Positions 16,708 through 20,000 of a DNA stretch of 20,000 bases are shown here, one piece after another. Made by a program: the position numbers and the translations under genes. Numbering within the stretch: position 1 is the first letter of the stretch; each line of letters begins with the position of its first letter. Source of the stretch: an uncultured virus (IMG/VR IMGVR_UViG_3300025133_008129). Lineage: Duplodnaviria > Heunggongvirae > Uroviricota > Caudoviricetes. Under the pieces are notes generated by a model. That model saw only the letters and a list, made by a program, of their open reading frames with translations. It ran no database searches and had not been told where the DNA came from. Location: the IMG/VR virus record IMGVR_UViG_3300025133_008129; one strand, written 5' to 3'.

Positions 16708-19700
16708 GTGAGCATTAAAATCGCACACGTATCGGACATTCACGTCCGGAAATTAAAGTACCACAAAGAGTACCGCGTAGTGTTCCAACGATTATATGAG
16801 AAACTACGTGAATTAAAACCAGATATCATTGTCAATACCGGCGACACGTTTCATACTAAGTTGGACCTATCGCCCGAAGCAATACGCATGATGAGCGAGC
16901 TATTTACCAAATTGGCAGACATCGCTCCGTATTATATGATTCTGGGAAACCATGATATGAACTTGAAAAACGGTGCTAGGTTAGACGCCATCACACCGAT
17001 CGTCGAGAACCTAAATCACCCTAATTTACATTTCATCAAAAATACAGAAACCATTGAAGTCGCAGAAGGCATCGACCTACGAGTGCTTTCTATTGTTGAT
17101 CCAGAGAACTGGCCCGAGACACTACCAGATGACCGCGTAAATATCGCGCTCTATCATGGATCCATCGCGGGTTCAACAACTGACACCGGTTGGGTGATGA
17201 CTCACGGTGACATCAATATAGAAACACTAGCCAAATACGATTACGGTTTGTTAGGTGACATTCACAAGACACACCAGAAGATTGATAACGATGGCAAGTG
17301 CGCTTATCCTGGTTCGCTGATTCAACAGAACCACGGGGAAACGCCAGATAAGGGTTTCCTATTGTGGGAGATTGAAGACAAAGATACATTCACGTGTAAG
17401 CATCATCAGATTGAAAACCCAAAACCGTTCATCACTATTCAGCTAACTCCAAAGGGCAAGATGCCCCGCCGAGCAGACCCTCCAAAGGGCGCACGTTTGC
17501 GTTTGGTGAGTAATAACAACTTGCCACTTAGTACGATGAAGCGAGCAATTGATATTGCGAAGCATCGCTTTAAACCGGAGGTAGTCACTTTCTTAAACAG
17601 AGCGGCGGGAGAACGTGGAAATGTCGAGGATATTACAGACACGCTAAAGACAGAAAACTTGCGAGATATTGATGTTCAAGAAGAGTTGATGGATGAATAC
17701 CTAAAAGACTATCAAGCCGATGCCTCAACAATAGAGATGGTTTATGAGTTAAATAGGAAGTATAAGAAGCAAGTAGAGGACACCGAAGAGGTATCTCGAA
17801 ATGTGAATTGGAAACTATCAAACTTTGAGTTCGACAACTTATTCAATTACGGAGAAGATAATAGTGTTTCATTTGATAAACTTAATGGGATCGTGGGCAT
17901 TTTTGGAAAGAACTATTCTGGGAAGAGCAGTATTGTTGATGGTTTGCTTTGGACTGTTTTTAATACAACCTCGAAAAATGAAAGGAAGAATGTTAATGTT
18001 ATTAACCAGAATCGGCCTTCGTGCCGAGGAAAAGTAACAATTGAGGTTGGCCATAACATCTACACGATCGAAAGAACAGCTGAGAAATACACGAAGAAAT
18101 TGAAAGGTGAGGTGACCGAAGAAGCCAAGACTGATCTAAACTTTGAAGTTCTTGACAAGACCACAGATGAAGTCCGCTCACTAAATGCCCTCAGTCGGCC
18201 TCAGACAGACGCAAACATCCGCAAACACTTCGGCACCATTGATGACTTCTTGGTGTCTTCGTTGGCGTCTCAGCACGGCGCACTAGCATTTATTGATGAA
18301 GGCTCAACACGGCGTAAAGAAATCATTGCTAAGTTCTTAGATTTAGAGGTGTTCGAGCAAAAGTTTAAGTTAGCTAAGGATGACTGTTCTGATCTTAAGG
18401 GCGCCCTAAAGCGCCTGGAGGCGCGCGAGTACGAAGAAGAAATAAAAGAAGCGACAGAAGAGCTGGATTCAAAGCGCGCCACATTGCTTGTCCATGAAGG
18501 AACCTGTGAGGAGTTAGATCAAGAAATCATACAACTAACAGCAGATTGTGTGAAGCTCAATGATATGATCGAGTCAATACCTGCGGAGATCATTGACATC
18601 GTCGCGACAAGAAAAGATATCAAACAGAAACAAGCGAGAGTGAAATCATTAACCAGCGAGAACAAAAAGAGTGAAATAGATCTTGGAGTGAAGAACGGAT
18701 TATACGAGAAGGTCGAGAAGTTTATAGCGGGTGTAGATATTGATACTCTTACTGAAACCCAGAACAATATCAATAAGCTAGAAGGCGATAAGCAAACACA
18801 TGAACACAACCTGGCCATATTAATCACGGAGATCAATGACATTGAAAAGAAGTCACATCTTCTGGATGATATTCCATGCGGAACACAGTTTTCAACTTGT
18901 AAGTTTATCAGTGATGCGAATGTCGCTGTCGCAAATTTACTACATGTTGAAAACGATAGAGATGACATCTCCAAGAACATCAAGGAAATAGAGAGCGACA
19001 TCAACGACTTGGGGCCAGTAGAAGTCGCAAGACAAATAGACCAATACACATTAATAGTTGAGAAGAGAAACGATATCGCAAATGATATTGCGAGTATTAA
19101 CCTGTCAATAGAAAGAAATACGTCCTCTATTGATCGTATAGGCTATGAACTGAAAGAGTTGGAGAGCAAAAAGCAAGAATATGATGAGAACAAAGAAGCG
19201 ATCGAAAACCTTGAAGAACTAAATGTAGAACTGGGCACCTGTGAAGCGAATCTTACATCCGCAAGGCTGCAATGTACTGAGTGCCGAGAGCAAACGCTAG
19301 AACTATATAAGAGTGTAGGTTCTCTCGAACAAAAAGTCGAAACAATCGAAAGTCAAAAACAAGAATACATAGATTTACAGGAGGAATACTCAGCTTATGA
19401 TCTTTACATGCGTTGTATGCATACATCTGGGATTGCTTATGATATTATTAAACGGAAGCTACCGGTTATCAATCAAGAAGTCGCGAAAGTCCTTGCCAAT
19501 ATTGTCGAGTTTGAAGTCTTCTTCGAAGATAGTGGAAAGAAATTTGACATATTTATCAAGCACCCAAGGCATGAACCCCGCCCAATTGAAATGGCATCAG
19601 GAGCAGAGAAATCTTTGGCTGCCATAGCCATTCGTTTGGCTCTATTGGGAGTGTCTTCATTGCCTAAGTCTGATCTTTTCGCCCTCGATGAGCCGGGAAC

Positions 19701-19866
19701 TGCCTTAGATGAAACAAATATGGAGGGTTTTATTAGGATCTTGGAACTAATTAAAGTGTATTTTAAGAACGTTTTGTTGATCTCACACCTTGATTCGCTC
19801 AAAGACTGTGTTGACATGCAAATCGAGATAGATAAGAAAGACGGATACGCAAGAGTAAATCAATAG
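16708..19866 (+). CDS. Fused SbcD(Mre11)-SbcC(Rad50) recombination nuclease/ATPase (T4 gp47-gp46-like)
   Basis: GTG start with AAGGAG RBS. Phosphoesterase motifs SDIH, TGD, GNHD, YHG, GDIH. Then Walker A GKNYSGKS, Q-loop LASQ, a long coiled coil, signature ASGAE, Walker B ALDEP and H-loop ISH, all in one frame. Confidence 0.92.
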   Translation: MSIKIAHVSDIHVRKLKYHKEYRVVFQRLYEKLRELKPDIIVNTGDTFHTKLDLSPEAIRMMSELFTKLADIAPYYMILGNHDMNLKNGARLDAITPIVENLNHPNLHFIKNTETIEVAEGIDLRVLSIVDPENWPETLPDDRVNIALYHGSIAGSTTDTGWVMTHGDINIETLAKYDYGLLGDIHKTHQKIDNDGKCAYPGSLIQQNHGETPDKGFLLWEIEDKDTFTCKHHQIENPKPFITIQLTPKGKMPRRADPPKGARLRLVSNNNLPLSTMKRAIDIAKHRFKPEVVTFLNRAAGERGNVEDITDTLKTENLRDIDVQEELMDEYLKDYQADASTIEMVYELNRKYKKQVEDTEEVSRNVNWKLSNFEFDNLFNYGEDNSVSFDKLNGIVGIFGKNYSGKSSIVDGLLWTVFNTTSKNERKNVNVINQNRPSCRGKVTIEVGHNIYTIERTAEKYTKKLKGEVTEEAKTDLNFEVLDKTTDEVRSLNALSRPQTDANIRKHFGTIDDFLVSSLASQHGALAFIDEGSTRRKEIIAKFLDLEVFEQKFKLAKDDCSDLKGALKRLEAREYEEEIKEATEELDSKRATLLVHEGTCEELDQEIIQLTADCVKLNDMIESIPAEIIDIVATRKDIKQKQARVKSLTSENKKSEIDLGVKNGLYEKVEKFIAGVDIDTLTETQNNINKLEGDKQTHEHNLAILITEINDIEKKSHLLDDIPCGTQFSTCKFISDANVAVANLLHVENDRDDISKNIKEIESDINDLGPVEVARQIDQYTLIVEKRNDIANDIASINLSIERNTSSIDRIGYELKELESKKQEYDENKEAIENLEELNVELGTCEANLTSARLQCTECREQTLELYKSVGSLEQKVETIESQKQEYIDLQEEYSAYDLYMRCMHTSGIAYDIIKRKLPVINQEVAKVLANIVEFEVFFEDSGKKFDIFIKHPRHEPRPIEMASGAEKSLAAIAIRLALLGVSSLPKSDLFALDEPGTALDETNMEGFIRILELIKVYFKNVLLISHLDSLKDCVDMQIEIDKKDGYARVNQ

Positions 19867-19877
19867 GAGATTACAAA

Positions 19878-20000
19878 ATGTCAGACGAAAACGACGACAA
19901 AAATGAATTTGATTTTCTGCCTCCCGCAGAACCACCTCCAGCCTTTGTGCAGGAAAAAGACAGCTATCACGAATCAGTAGAAGCAGAAGACTTTGGTATG
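19878..20000 (+). CDS. Start of next gene, 3'-truncated (acidic/Pro-rich N-terminus)
   Basis: AGGAG at 19865-19869; ATG at 19878; open to the window end (MSDENDDKNEFDFLPPAEPPPAFVQEKDSYHESVEAEDFGM). Confidence 0.7.
   Translation, partial: MSDENDDKNEFDFLPPAEPPPAFVQEKDSYHESVEAEDFGM

Noticed and set aside
17439..19817. Antisense ORFs within the sbcDC fusion, including the 176-aa one
   Set aside because: Shadow ORFs of a strongly supported + strand gene, with no independent signals.
1..20000. Stop-codon reassignment as in some large phages
   Set aside because: TAG (8720, 13767, 14758, 15539, 19866) and TGA (10928, 13145) terminate full-length genes, and coding density is high under the standard code.

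Overview
All substantial genes lie on the + strand of an AT-rich, densely packed window that reads as part of a large tailed dsDNA phage genome. It uses the standard code: TAA, TAG and TGA all end genes. Left part (1-12.2 kb): a probable virion/tail-baseplate module. It includes a 1501-aa protein with a GC-rich low-complexity insert and a 72-bp tandem repeat, plus two paralog pairs whose motifs resemble the two halves of a P2 gpH/DUF3751-like tail-fibre anchor domain. Right part (12.2-20 kb): an HExxH protein, a RuvC-like resolvase, an FKBP-type PPIase with an extra HeH/Rho-N-like tail, a DnaG-like primase, two orphan proteins sharing an MxITxxRLxxIIxEE leader, an unannotated 52-aa membrane ORF, and a single-chain SbcD-SbcC (Mre11-Rad50) fusion. 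Three near-consensus sigma70 promoters precede non-structural genes. A different CTA(T/A)TTA motif precedes some structural or leader-bearing genes. All calls come from motifs read by eye; no database searches were run.
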